This document shows positions 41,575 to 55,735 of a DNA stretch of 64,000 nt, in pieces (within the stretch, counting starts at the first letter, position 1; each line of letters begins with the position of its first letter). A program made the translations under genes and the position numbers. The stretch is from Octopus sinensis (lineage: Eukaryota), in the NCBI RefSeq assembly GCF_006345805.1, contig NC_043013.1, positions 30,008,001-30,072,000 of the forward strand. Reading direction: 5' to 3'. The notes beneath the pieces are model-generated. The model saw only the letters and a list, made by a program, of their open reading frames with translations. It was not told where the DNA came from and searched no databases.

Positions 41575-43224
41575 GGAATAGGATTCTTGGATAGACTCTT
41601 AATATGACTTTATAGGTAAATTCAAAATATTACACATCACTCTCAGTATATTTAAAAATACGTCAACTTAATTATCCTCAACAGGCGTCGAATTAAGAGA
41701 TTAAAAAAGATATTCGCTTATGAAACTATATTATTTCAGACATTGATTGAGAGCTTATAAAATTCGAATATAAAGGAAGTGAAGAAGAAAGAAGATATGA
41801 TATACATACAATGTTAAGCCGAGAATTATAATTCACTACAGATGTGCCTCAAAAAGTTGGTTAAAAGGAAGTGCTTCTTTGAATGTTTTTTTTTATTTTC
41901 CCCTCATCATAAAATTACACGTAGAATCAACTGTTTTACTGTCTTAATAAGTCTACATTTCGAACATCGAAGATACTATATATTCATAACTAAAAGTTGC
42001 TCTCCTATCTGTGAATGTATTTCAGTGACAGCGTACAGAAGGTTTATAATTTTGAATCGGCTGTATACATCCGTTAAAAAACATTGCTGGAATGAAGCGT
42101 ACCCCAAGGTTTGCTCCAAACATTTTCATACATGTCAGACACTAATTCTTATTAAAACTACTTAAGCAGTCAATAGGAGAGAGTGAGAAACCGTAAATAA
42201 AACATTGCGACTTAACCATCACTCAATTCACTGTTCTTCCTTTCTATATATCTGAATATCTCTATTTCACTATCTACCTCCTTGATTACATCCTCTTCCA
42301 TCTCGTACATATCACCTCTATCCCTCTCCATGAGTATTACTCTTTTTCTATCTCTCTCTACTGCAGCATTTTTCTCTCTCTGCCTGATGTTGAAATTTTC
42401 TGAAGTGAAATATGAAAAAAAAAAGATAATAATAATAATCTTTTTTTTTAAATTGCTACTTTCTCAAAATTTTAATATGACCAATTAGGGTAAGTAATAA
42501 TATATGCTTTGCGGATGTCCGTTTCGTTTCTGAACAGAAGACGAGCAGGATCGGAAAACACATACATTGTGTCAGCTATTACGAGTGACATCTCCACAAT
42601 TATTTTGTTCTATTTATGAGTTTCTCAGGAAAGCATAAATCTCAATGTACCCGCCAAAATAGTTATAAAATAGTCAACATGCAAAACCTTATGATTATAC
42701 ACTGGTTAACGTAGGAAAAAATAATTTTGCTTAGAGATGAAATAATTAAGAGACGCCATCCGTTGATAAATATTAGTAAAGTTAATGTTCACACATTCAA
42801 TTCAAAGAACATATCATTAACTAGAAATAATTATTCGTTGAGGGAAATCAATATTAGTCTTCTGTCAGCCGCAGTAAAATTATTTCACTGCGGCAGGAAA
42901 CATAGAGCGAGAGGCAAGTTGTGGGAATGTTTCTTCGCTTTTGTATTTCACTCCATCATGCTTTTTATATGTAACTACAGGGAGTTATGCACAATATTCT
43001 TGTCTAGACTTCAATTACAAAATTTCTGTGAATTGTAGTAACACTATTTAGTCTTCCCCAAACTTTTCTCATCAATTCCAGATTATAAATCCCTTGGTGA
43101 TTTGAAATGTTTGACAAATAATTGGAAGATTTTATACACACACGAAGTAATAATACTAATAACAATAATGATAATAATATCAATATTAATGACATCAACA
43201 ACAACAATAATACTCATCATTATA

Positions 43225-43370
43225 GCAAGCGGGCAGAAGCGTCAGCACGCCAAGACAAAATATTTAGCGGCATTTTTTCCGACTTTATGTTCTGAGTTCA
43301 AATTTCGCCAAGCTCGTCTTTGGCTTCCATGATTTTGGGTGTCGATAAAATAAGTACCAGGTGACCTTGT
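43225..43370 (+). mobile_element. SINE family B, 5' part
   Basis: gggcagaagcgtcagcacgcc...ttctgagttcaaatttcgcc...gtcgataaaataagtaccag. Confidence 0.75.
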
Positions 43371-43432
43371 AGTAGGAAGAATTATATAAATAAATAAATA
43401 AATAAATAAATAATAAATAAATAAATAAATAA

Positions 43433-43514
<82 letters not shown>

Positions 43515-43518
<4 letters not shown>

Positions 43519-43640
43519 ATCCAAACAGGAACAAAGAGAAAAAACAACAACGTGAGGACGTGGAACAAGTATAGAAGGAGGATTTAACGTTTAGAAAGGA
43601 GCTCTTCGTCAGAATTATAGAAAAGGAAAGGTCTAAGGAA
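43515..43640 (-). mobile_element. Penelope-like terminal remnant with degenerate hammerhead core
   Basis: Minus strand ctgacgaagagctcctttctaaacgtt, adjacent to (TA)n. Confidence 0.4.
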
Positions 43641-45106
43641 ATAATTCCGTCTAATGACGTAATATAATATACATGTACGATTAGTGCTGGGATTGGTTCA
43701 CCACTCGAACTCCGACTTGAAATGCAACGAAAAAAGAAAACAAACCTGGTGTTGTTTTTTTAAACGTGAATGTGGTCGACCAGAGAAGTAGAGATACCGT
43801 GTTTTTCACATGTAAAATTTTGAGGACTTGTGCCTCTATCAGAAATCCCTCTGCAGAAATAAACAATGCACACAGAGGTAAACATATATACGTGCGCGTG
43901 CACCCCCTCTCCACACGCTTATATATTGCTACTTAACCTCAAGTTACAGATTTCCTGCAAAAGGCGAATGTTTTAGATTTCACCACCTAGTTAGTAAATA
44001 TGTCAGATTATACAATACGTAATGCATTATTTATAATTTCAAATAATTGGGTGTAATTTAGCGTAGACTGAATGTGACAACTTTTTTTTATAGTAGGTCA
44101 TGTTCCTCTGTAAGTAAATTCTTAAAGAAGAATTATAAAAGATTTTAAAGGTTGTTGCTTTTTCTCTTAGAACATTATCGACATAAATCCTCTGAAACTA
44201 TAACTGGGAAAGCTGAGAAGGATGTAAACTTGTTTCTCTGAAATGTTTACTATTAAAATATTATCCAAATAACATCGTAGATTAGGTTTTCAGTTTGGCA
44301 AAGCTTTATTACATTTTCATGTGAAAGGGGAATAGATCTTTGCTACGTTCACGGATTTCATAAGGTTGTAAAACAGAGCAGCAGTAGAAGTTGGCTTGAA
44401 ATTGAGCGGCATATCTGACAAGTCGGCAGTTTACTCTAAACTTACTTTCATCTAAATTATGCTGACAAGGTGAAGGCTTTAAAAAGATAAACAAAATAGA
44501 AGAAAAAGACACCCGGGCATTGCATATAACATATATTCTCTACTTTAAGTACCTGGAAGTATCGACGGAGAGTAACTATGAAGTTTTATATTTTACATTA
44601 AAGGAAATGTTATGTTGTCCTGTTAATAATATATCTCTGGGCCATAACGATTTGATTGACGTAAAATTGGTTGAAAAACGAATCAAATCTGGTAGGTATC
44701 CTATTGTACTTAGAGTTTGCTTTCGTGTTCTACAACGTCTTCTCATACGAAGTAAATGACATTTTAGAATGACTTAGTCAAAAGTGTGTAGGGACATATA
44801 TAATGCGAAATAGATGATTTATATATTTATATATATATATACTACATATAATGTATGTTTATATATAATATATTTATATTATAATACATATAGTCATCAC
44901 ATATATATATATATATATACGTACATATGTATGTGTGTATATATATAAATATATATATATATGTGTGTGTGTATGTATATTCTCTTTCTCTCTATCGCTT
45001 ACTCCAAAGAAAAACTTCGTTGGCAGAACCAACAGTCGTCAGTCAAATTTCCCACGCATCATATATACATGTAAATATGTATATATATATATAGTTATAT
45101 ATATAT

Positions 45107-45153
<47 letters not shown>

Positions 45154-45164
45154 ATGTGTATATC

Positions 45165-45242
<78 letters not shown>

Positions 45243-45275
45243 CATCTATCTATTTATCTATCTACTTATCTATCT
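45165..45275. repeat. (TATC)n microsatellite
   Basis: Direct inspection. Confidence 0.95.
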
Positions 45276-45708
45276 ATTTTAATAAACATTATATGTTTTT
45301 ATGTGCTACTAGTAGTTCCATATGATGAAAGCATGCCAGACGATATTTTTAACACGTGCGGTGTCTCAGCACAATTTTTTGTCGTTTGTCATTTTTTTTT
45401 CTTTTGTTGGTTTACTCTGTCATGTATTCACTATGACCTATAGCCAGAACCAATAACCAGTTATAACCCGGACTCGCTGTCATTATAGCCAACAATCTAC
45501 TGGCAACAACAACATGTCAAGCGAAACCGAATATATTTAGTGATATATAGCAAGACAACTGGTGAGATGCATCTGCACCGGAGGATGCAACACAACCAAC
45601 TGCGCAGTATCCCTCCCGCGAGGGACTGATGCAAAAGGGGTAGAAACGATCATTGTCATGAATAAAGATTCCATTTCCCTCATGCATTATACACACACAC
45701 ACACCCAC

Positions 45709-45753
<45 letters not shown>

Positions 45754-46120
45754 CAAAAATGGGACAAGAACGTAAAACATCCTGACAGTTAGGTGAAACA
45801 AAAAGGGACAACAAAATATCCAGACTGACGATACAAGGAAAACAAGGACGGATCATTAGGAGTTTCCTATCCTCAGTCGAGTTCCAGATTATCTTTGTAA
45901 TTTCGGCTGGTTATACTCGAGATTACTCCAATAGGCCAGCCCCAAGGAAAAAAATAAGCTAAGAACATTACATTCCTTGGAAGAAAGCAGCGAATGTATA
46001 CGAAAAGAAGGACGGAAAAAACAGAAAAATATTTCCACAAATACAAATAACAGGATTTAGCAACAGGTGTCTTTCGAATAAGGACGAATTATATTAAGCC
46101 GGTATGTATGGAAGTAAAGC

Positions 46121-46186
<66 letters not shown>

Positions 46187-46994
46187 CACAAATACACAAA
46201 CACACACAAGCGCGCGCACACACACACATACATTTACATATATATTTGCCATGAGGCTGGTCACTTAATCTCCTGCGATGTATTTTATTCTTATTGGCAG
46301 GAAAATTATTTCCATACGCATCCTTTGGCGTCATCTCTAGGTATGGCCATACAATTTTGAAAGTGAAGCGTTGTTCTGACTTCACTGATTCTGTCTGCTT
46401 TCGGTTTACTCCAAAGTAAACCAGTCATCAAGGATTCAGGTAAGGCAATGTTGTCGAAGATGATTTGATGTTATATGACACTGATTGTCTTCACGCTGTT
46501 ATTCACAGATTTGAAATACTTCAGAAACCGCAATTTGTGGCGTTTGAGCATGAAACACACAGTCTTTGGACTGTTACCGCTTTTCATCACTTAAACATGC
46601 GTTAGTTTCTTGACAATTTATCCAGTACCCAATGTAAAGGCAGAAGTGCATTCCTAGCAAATGTCTTGGAGGAAAACATTTCTGTTGAGTTCATAAAGCT
46701 AGGCAAATAGGGATGGATTGTAAAGAAAACAGAGGCTTATGTTCAGCGTTGATAAAATCGTACTATGAAGGTTTTTAATTAACAATAAATGCAACGATCA
46801 TGCGAGTAAAATCTAATAGCATTTACCATGTTTTTGGTAATGGCTTTAGGTGTCTATGGGAAGATACAGACACCTCCTTGGTACTCCTACTCTTGACTCA
46901 GCGAAGCATGGAGAATGTCATAAGTGAAGAGAGAGAAAATACTGCGCCAGAACTAGGGTTGTACACATTTCCAGCAAATAGATTGCTGCAACTT

Positions 46995-47085
46995 TTAATG
47001 AAGCCCCTTGCTTATGAACACACGCACTGTCCGTCTCAGGAATTGAACTCATGATTTTATGATTCTGTGCCCAACGTTTCTGACC
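46995..47085 (-). mobile_element. SINE family C head fragment
   Basis: caggaattgaactcatgattttatgatt, the reverse complement of a B-box-like gagttcaattcc. Confidence 0.5.
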
Positions 47086-50000
47086 CTTAATCGAAGAGCA
47101 TAGCGGAATATTTCTTTTATTTATGAACATAAGATTTCCAACGCCAGTCTTCTTTGGTGGGTAAACAAGTAGCAGAGCGGCGATAGCTAATATGCATAAA
47201 AGAACAAGAACATACATCACATCTCAGTTTCGAATCTCAACCGAAGTGATTATGAGGAGACCATGTGTTGTGTGCGCAAGAAAGCATCTTCACTGGGAGA
47301 AAAATATATACGTGTTTTGCGATAATTAATGATTCTCTCACGCATTCATCGTTGTCAAAAGGATGAACTTGGAGGCGTTTTAAATGGGATATAAATTCTA
47401 ATTATTGAAAAGGAAAATTAAACACTTAAAGCCTGCTTAATTTACCCTTAGAGCATCACCTCTTAGAAATAATTCAATGGGAATATTAATCACACACTTC
47501 CTTTCCTATGCGTTTATCTTATATGCTCCTGGCATCAATAAAATAACTATCAGTGAAGTATTAGATTTGGTAAGTGGTTTCCGACATAAATATGTATAAG
47601 CCCATGCCAAGCTTAGGGATATACAATAATTCCCTATGATTTGAGCCGAAGACATCTTTTGTTGTATTTCAGGATTACAGCAAATAACTGTTAGATAATA
47701 TTAATTAATATTAAACAATTTCTTTCCAGAGTAATCATTGGGAAATTGCAACTCCTGTTTATAATTCAAAAGTCTATACAAAATTAACAATGCGTTTATA
47801 GACTGTCATTATATAAGCAAATTATGTGACAATTATATATAGGTAAGGTGTTTATAACAGCGAACGACATCCGTTTATATTCATTACCCATACATATCAT
47901 TGACAGATTTTAAAATACCTAAATAATCCATTTAAATAGTTCTTCGTTGAAAATAGCGCAAAAGGAATATTCCATTTCTGTCTGCTGATTTCAATAATGC
48001 CAGAAGCTCTCTGCAATTTTCGGTAATCTCTTTTTGATTACTGTCCTAATGCGGCAAAAGAGAATCTTATACATAGAAGCACTCAAGTTTCTCTGTCTAT
48101 CTGTCTGTCTGTCTATCTGTATGCATGTATATGTGTATGCATATGCGTATGTATGCATTCATGTGTGTGTATATCTATCTATATCTATATCTATTAATCT
48201 ATTCTATCTATCCATCCATGCACCTCTCTCTCTATCTATGTATGATATACGATATATATATATAGCTTTTGGTAAAACATTTAAGAAAGTGCTACTTAGA
48301 AATGTGCTTAACATCGCTTTTGAGAGTCGGGTCTGAAAGTTAAATGTGCGAAATAGATAATGATTGCCAAATATTATCATTTCAGTTTTATTTTCGTCTA
48401 TGAACCTAGTCAGCACTAAATTAACTGTATCGTTAGAAAAACTCGGAGAAAGTTTTATTTGTTATTATTGATTTCTTTTAAACGTGTGCTAGGTGGCATT
48501 TCAGGAATAAATATAGTCTATTCAATCGATCCGCAATATAATTGGTACTTATTTTATTTAAATCTAGACACATTAAAAGTAAAGTGGATCTCAGCGTGAT
48601 CAACCTCACTATGTATGGGCTCCAAACAAAACACTGATAGGTATTCAATGTGTCACTTTACTATGAGAGAATTCTATTTGTATGCATTGTTTACGTAGAC
48701 ACATTCAGATTGCTGTATATAAATAATGTGAATAGAAATTTTTATGATACTTATTAAAACATTTCAAAAGAGCATTAGCGAAATAGCTCCAGTTAGGAAT
48801 CGATCTTACTTGACACTATCCACCCAAATACTATTATCTTTTTTAACAAAATGACAGTTTAATTATTGTGAAGAAGTTCATTGTTTAAAACGTAATACAG
48901 AATATTACTGGTATTTGTTGAACTTAATGCGTTGCATTAGTGTCTTAATTAAAGAGATATAGCTTTCAAAGTAATGAATTAAATTTGAAGGGTTAAGGAG
49001 AGGCATCTGCTAAAGATATTTCAAGAAGTGGGAAAATGCAAGGAGGTGAAGGATTATATTATTTTGGACTGACCTGTGAAAAGGGGAATTTCCCTTGTTT
49101 CTTTCTGGAACTTTAGAATGCAATTGTTTGTTGCGAACCATTATTTTATCCATTTTTGTTGTATATTCTAAAGCATTAGAACGGAAAGCTGTGGTCAGTA
49201 GACGAGTGAGGTAAGAAATTCGGTTGATTTCTACATCAAAACTTTCTGCTGTAACTATGCAGTATTAAAAACATCGGAATAAATAAAAGGTTTGCAAGAA
49301 AAGAATATAATGGATTGAGACGACTATGCGGCGTACACATGCATATTTTAGCTAACGTCGAGGAATGAAAACCGAATTGTTCCATGGTAAACATTTAATT
49401 TATAATGCAAAGAGAATTTGTGTGTTAGTGCGTATGTGTGTGTGTGTGTGTGTATATGTGGTGTGAGGGAGAGAATGATAGAGTGGAATATTAATATCAT
49501 AAATCATGCAGTGTGGCGCATTAACAGCTAATCCTCTCATCTGGTGACATCTGTACATAAAGATTTTGAGCTGAAGGACTCAAGAGCAGAATATGCTGTT
49601 TTCTACTCCAGTGACATTAATAATGCCGAAAATCCAAACGGCTTGCATTATATGGTCTTAGTTTTCAGTATTTTGTACAGACATAACCAAAGTAACCGTG
49701 CCCCTTTCTAAAAAAGCAACACCAAATGTATTCTAAATGGGCAAGATTAGCAGCGACAATATGTGTCTAGGGCAACCACTATCGCGGTGACGGTATAACT
49801 GGGCGTCAAATAACTAAGCTGACTAATAGACAAAATAATTATCTCACAGAAGTTTAATTAAAGAAGAATAGAGTTTTTATTATTTTCTGTAGTCTGAGGT
49901 AGCTCTTGATGTAGTAAATATGTGATAAAAGACGTTGCATCTGAGAACTCGCCCAACGGCTTGCCCAATAAGCGCCGAAACGGTTCTAAAGAATACTAAA

Positions 50001-51311
50001 CTTCTCGTACTATATCCCTGAAGACCAGGGACACTGATAATTAGATAGCTCAAACATAATGTTGTGCAGTTAGCTCTCGCATTTTCTCCTCTAGTCTACG
50101 TGTCTGTCCTTTAGTTTTACCTGAACCTGGCGTTTTTATATGTGAAATCGTGTAACAATTAGGACACTTTTAAGTTTAATAGCGAGGTAAATTAACCTGC
50201 GGTTTTATATTTCTGAGATGGGAAATGAATTAAATTGAATTTTTTTTTAAGAAATCAATTTAGTGTATCCATTTCTGGAAGTGTTACTTTGAAAGTCGTA
50301 AAGTTAAATGAGCTTTTATGGCGTTCATGCCTTTTCCGTAATGTTATAATATATTGAAAAGTGACTTCAACTATGAATAGGAAATATGTTCGATGTGTAT
50401 ATGATTCAAATAAATACTGTATATATTACAAGGCAATTCTCTGAATACAGTGGAATTATGTTAGTGACTACAATACGAAACTTATACAACGTTATAACAT
50501 ATGATGGAATTAAAAGCGTAAACTGATGAAAGTAATAATTTTCTGTGTGCTTCTTGAATAGAGAAGGTGACACTTCCATAATATAATTATTTCAATTTCA
50601 ACACATGTACAATTCCGAAATATATGCTAGAAAGATTTATAACTAAAGACTTTCTTGAGAAGTTATTTTTGTACAATTTGTTATTATTTTACAGAATGCT
50701 TTTGTTATTAATTCCCACTTGGTTAAGATAATTTTTGCTCTGTAATTTCGTCAAGAGTTCCTGCTGTATTGAAGTTGTTATCGTTAATCTACAGGAATGA
50801 CACAAATGAAATTAATTCCCTCTTTATATTCCAGTTGATAATATCATCAAATTAATTATCTAACAACACATATCTGTTATTTAATTATCTCGTTCCAGTG
50901 ATACTAATCGATATTACGACACCGAAGAAAGTTAATGAAGTATCATGTAAAGCTAGCTAAACGACCATGGGAATATAATAATATTCAGTTTATGTATTGT
51001 TTCCAAATGAGAGAGATTTCACAAACAAACAGCTTTATAGTTTTAATAAATTCTTTTTTAAAATGTAAATCTTATCTGAAATATTTACATGCGTAATAAT
51101 ACACTTTTTCTCTAAACTTTTGTATGTACGTGTGCATTTTTAAAGGGAAAATTTCAAAATTTTATAGACATAGATGAACATACTTAAGGCATTATAGTCT
51201 GGAGGCATCTATCAAAATTAAACGTACAACTTTCCTCACATAAAGCACAAATATATACAGGAAAGCCGCACCAGTAATTGGTTCTCATTTTGACGAGCAG
51301 TATATATAACA

Positions 51312-51534
51312 TTAACCATTTAGCATTCAAACAAGCCACACCCGGCCAAAACATTCTGCTTTTTTTATGTTCAAACCGACCAGATCTAACCTCCCAAACC
51401 TCCCCTACAACTTCTTAAGATAAACAATCATATCTTTGAAATCTCAAAACTATGAGATATTTCATGAATAATTCAAAACAATGTGAATATATATGTTACA
51501 TTTCACAGAGAAATCTATAATGTTCAAGGGTTAA
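51312..51534. mobile_element. TTAA-flanked MITE (piggyBac-like ends)
   Basis: ttaaccatttagcatt ... aatgttcaagggttaa. Confidence 0.6.
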
Positions 51535-52243
51535 ACTCATGACATTCAGCAAAGTACACACACATACGCACATGGAGATATATACACACACATTCGCATA
51601 AATTGTAGATAATTTTACATGAATAGGTTCAATAAACAAGCGGGATATCTCCCTCTGTACATATCTCCTTTTATTAGCCCATAGCGTAAACGTCTAAATT
51701 TAAAGATTCCATAGATATGAATTGCATAGAATAAACATCTAAATTTAAAGATTCGGTAGATATGAATTGCATATGTACTGAATAAATTGTTGTGTAAGAT
51801 TCTGTTTAATATATAACATTTCTTAAGTGTTTTGAACATATGTATGTGATTTACGTCATACAAAGGTACCTGTGTGTTAGTGTGCACAGTTTCTCGCGAA
51901 CACTTGCAAGTACTTTTGTAGGTGAGTGCTTGTATATATAAAGACTAGAATACATCGAATGTTAATGGGGTTTCAGTGAGTATTTTTCATATGTTTCGAG
52001 TTGGAGGTTTTAGAAAATTAATAGGAATATGTGAAAGAATGATTTAAGCGATTAAAATTCAAGCATTCTTGAAATATTATATTATGTATATAAATATACT
52101 TAATATATATAAGTGCATTTTACTTTAATTAGTGTTTGTGTGTATAAATGTTAATGCATGTATATATATATGTATATATACGTAATATATACATATATAT
52201 ATGTACATATTTATGTTTATATATGTACATATATATCTATATA

Positions 52244-52725
52244 TATGGGAAGGTTGAAACAGCTAAGGCTCTACTCCCTGGAGAGAAGACAGGAGAGGTA
52301 TGCAGTAATATATATCTGGAAGATCCTGGAAAGAATTGTGCCAAATTTTGGCATTGAAAGCTACACCAATGCCAGAACGGGACGACACTGCATGGTGCCA
52401 AAGGTGCCAGCAATGCCATCACGCTTCAGGACCAGTTACTGTAACAGCCTGGGTTTCAATGGCCCACAGCTTTTTAATATTCTCCCAAAGAGTCTGAGGA
52501 ACTTGCACAAAGTAGATGTAGGGGTTTTTAAATCAAAGCTGGACCTCTTCCTGTCGAGAGTCCCAGTTGAGCCTACCTCACGGCAAGAGGTGCAAATGAG
52601 GGTAGCTATATCAAACTCCATTCTTCATCAAGTGCCACATATTAGACGAGGCTCCTAGTAATAACAGTGTAGCGCAAAACGGCGGTGCATCAGCATGGCC
52701 GCAGCTCTGAGCTGAAACTTAAAAA
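52244..52725 (+). mobile_element. 5'-truncated CR1/L2-type LINE 3' end (post-RT C-terminus and 3' UTR)
   Basis: RLKQLRLYSLERRQERYAVIYIWKIL...GPQLFNILPKSLRN...FKSKLDLFL matches the CR1-group motif RLxxLxLxSLERRRxR...xNxLP...FKxxLD. Confidence 0.85.
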
Positions 52726-52768
52726 TATATATATACACACATAAATATGTACATATATATGTATGTGA

Positions 52769-52821
<53 letters not shown>

Positions 52822-52956
52822 ATTATATATATATATATATATATATACATCAGTGCATTTTAATTTTATTATTGTGTGCGTGTGAGTAGAAATATATATA
52901 CATGTGCATATATATATATATATATGTACATATGTATGCATATATGCATGTATATA

Positions 52957-53228
52957 CGAAGGCTGTTCATTAAAGATTTGCCCTGATTCACTTCCCAAGG
53001 ACTGTGATAAACGAAATTTGGGATAATTATTAGTCCTTCACTGCATAGCCGCCACCAATGGATGGTGGCACATTACTCCTATTGTTTTATGCAGTTGTGA
53101 AGACCTCGTCTGTAGAAGTCGGTAGGTTGCGTCTGGAGCCAAGACTTTACCTCGGAAATAAGTTCATCATCATCTGATAAGTGCTTCCCCTTCAAAACAT
53201 ACTTCATGTTTGGAAAGAGGTGGACATT
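52957..53228 (-). mobile_element. Mariner transposon 3' end (transposase C-terminus and terminal inverted repeat)
   Basis: VHLFPNMKYVLKGKHLSDDDELISEVKSWLQTQPTDFYRRGLHNCIKQ*E*CA; end TA-cgaaggctgttcattaaag. Confidence 0.85.
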
Positions 53229-53244
53229 AGATGACGTGGGATTA

Positions 53245-53329
53245 GGAATTTGAACTCAGAACGTAACGGCAGCTGAAATACTGCTAAGCATTTCGGCCGG
53301 CGTGCTAACGATTCTGCCAGCTCGCCGCC
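53245..53329 (-). mobile_element. SINE family B head
   Basis: Reverse complement ggcggcgagctggcagaatcgttagcacgccggccgaaatgcttagc...gttctgagttcaaattcc. Confidence 0.85.
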
Positions 53330-53463
53330 TTTGAGTGAGAAAAATATTACTACTCTATTAACAGAAGGTCAATTTAAATGAATTTTCCTTGTTTAAACTT
53401 GATCTGAATATCTATTCAATTTTCCACCTGAATCAAATATATTGAGTATGGGCGCATTATCTT

Positions 53464-53495
<32 letters not shown>

Positions 53496-54125
53496 ACACA
53501 CACACACACACAGACACGCACGAAGGCAAGCACACAATTAACCATAGACATATCTATGCAAGATTTGGAATTTTTTGCGGAGGGTGAAAATGGTATCCCT
53601 TTTACGAGCTCAAAATGTTACCTGTGCATAATTCCGTATCAAGTATGGTAATCAGTCTTCAAACGTCATACGGATTATATCTATATATAATTGGAGTCTA
53701 AGATAGTGGTCCTGGTTGGAAATAGCAACAAAATTAATTGGAATACCAATTTACCTTCAGTAAATAAGACAGGGCAGGCTTTATGCGAGATTTACTGAAT
53801 TACATTTTATGGATGTCTATTGAGATTTTTTCCATTGCATTGTGGATTTATGCTGCTCTCATTTGATTTCTAAAATGAGTCAACGCTCTTTTCAGAGCTA
53901 TATCTCTAGTGGCTCCTCACTCGTCAACCTTTAGGCAAAATAAAAGAAAATATTACTTTAGTATTAATGCCGCAGATTTTAAGAGGACAGAAACCTATTT
54001 TGAAAAACGGGTATTTATTTAGTTGTATTTGTTCTTCATTTTTTTTTATATGTTAAACTATCATTTGCCAATTAAGACAGTAAAACTGCAGGAAATGATA
54101 TTTAGTTTATATTTTTAACACCTAA

Positions 54126-54128
54126 AAT

Positions 54129-54173
<45 letters not shown>

Positions 54174-54200
54174 AATAATAATAATAATAATAATAATAAC
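54126..54200. repeat. (AAC)n-(AAT)n microsatellite
   Basis: Direct inspection. Confidence 0.95.
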
Positions 54201-55554
54201 TAGCTCTAATTTAGTAACAGCCAATAAGAAAATGATAAATTCAACAAAACAGAAACAGCATCGTAATAAACTACCGCAACAACTGTAATATTTGAATCAC
54301 TAAAACTAATTATATTTGAATTGCATCACTAATAGATACGTTCTCAAACATTGAAATATGAAGAAGAGACACGATAGTATTAATAAAACATGATAAATTA
54401 CATACAAATGCTGAAAAGAAAAGAAAACGTAAATCTATGAGGAGAAAAAAATGAAGGAAACGTTACGCTAAAAAAATTATAAACAAAATGGAAGACATAA
54501 GCGTATCTTAAAAATAAAAGCAGAAACCCATGAAAATAACAAATGTATCAAAATTCAAAGTAATAAATAGAAGAAATGGTAATTATATATTGATGTTAAT
54601 AAATCTGAGTAATTAATTCTCGAAGCTAATTACTAGTTAAAACAAAATTTTTAAAGTTTTCACCGTAATTAGACATATATGTGGAAAATAATTGGAAACA
54701 ATAATAATGTTTTTTTAAAATTTTTACTGTTATAAGATGGCGGATTAGCAGAGTCGTAAGAAGTGTGGCATCTTAATACTGCCCTTCACGTTTAGAGTTT
54801 GTGTGGAAGGGTAGATGAAATTTGTACCAGTAAATACTGCGGTTACTTCATGCGATTACACCTATCATCCCAAATTTATTGCATTAGGATTGATTTTTAG
54901 AAATTAACGATTCGGATTTGAGGGAATTTGGATTCTATTTCTTGTAAGTTTTTCGTAAGCCACGTACTAATAAAGCCTGTTTAGTTGTATGATGAATAAT
55001 GTTACCTATAGAGGATTAGTTTCTATATCTGCATAAAATGATGTTGAAATTCAGAGTTGCAAAATTTTTGATCAAACATAATTGGAAATATGAGCAAGAA
55101 ATTGCTGCAAAGGAAAATGGAAATAAGACATCGCGAATATGATTTAAAAAGTAGTAAAAAAAACAACAAACAAAAAACAAATAAAAAACAAACGCATTTT
55201 CAATATTTTCCCAAGTACGTTCGTCTATCCTCGTTTATATTACAGCTGACAGAGAAAAAAATACATTAGAAAATGCTATATACATTTCATCGCCATTTCT
55301 GTGATACGACATTGCTTGCGCTGAGTGTGTGTTGCACAGCACATGAAAACAAATCAGAAATATTTATATTGCGTAGGTGCACAGTTAGAGAAAAAGAAGA
55401 AATTGAGGTAATGGAGAGAAATTGATAATAAAAGAAAAGAAAAGAATGTCACAGAAGAAAAGAAGAAGGTATGGTTAGAGGAGGTTAGAAAATAAACCGA
55501 GGCGCTAGAAAGTAGATCACAAAATTAGTATAAGCATTATGTGTGTGTGTGTAT

Positions 55555-55735
55555 TCCTTTATTTGTTTCAGTCTGTTGACCGCGGTCGTGCTGGAGCACC
55601 GTCTTGTGAGGTTTTAGCCGAACACGTAGACTACAGGAGTTATTTTTAAAGTCTGGTACATATTCTATCAATCGCTTATATCGAATCACTAGGTTACGGG
55701 GACGTAAACACACCAACACCGGCTGTCACGCAGCA
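55555..55735 (-). mobile_element. Older SINE family A, 3' part
   Basis: tttcagtctgttgaccgcggtcgtgctggagcaccg is the reverse complement of the family A tail. Confidence 0.7.

Noticed and set aside
45615-45650. ctgatg...gaaacg hammerhead look-alike
   Set aside because: It lacks G8-A9 and a pairable helix II
46918-47220. ORF with hydrophobic N-terminus (MMYVLVLLCILAIAALLLVY)
   Set aside because: It starts at GTG, the distal half overlaps a SINE fragment, and nothing else supports it
51688-51778. ~45-bp tandem dimer
   Set aside because: Ordinary slippage duplication; only two units, not a CRISPR array
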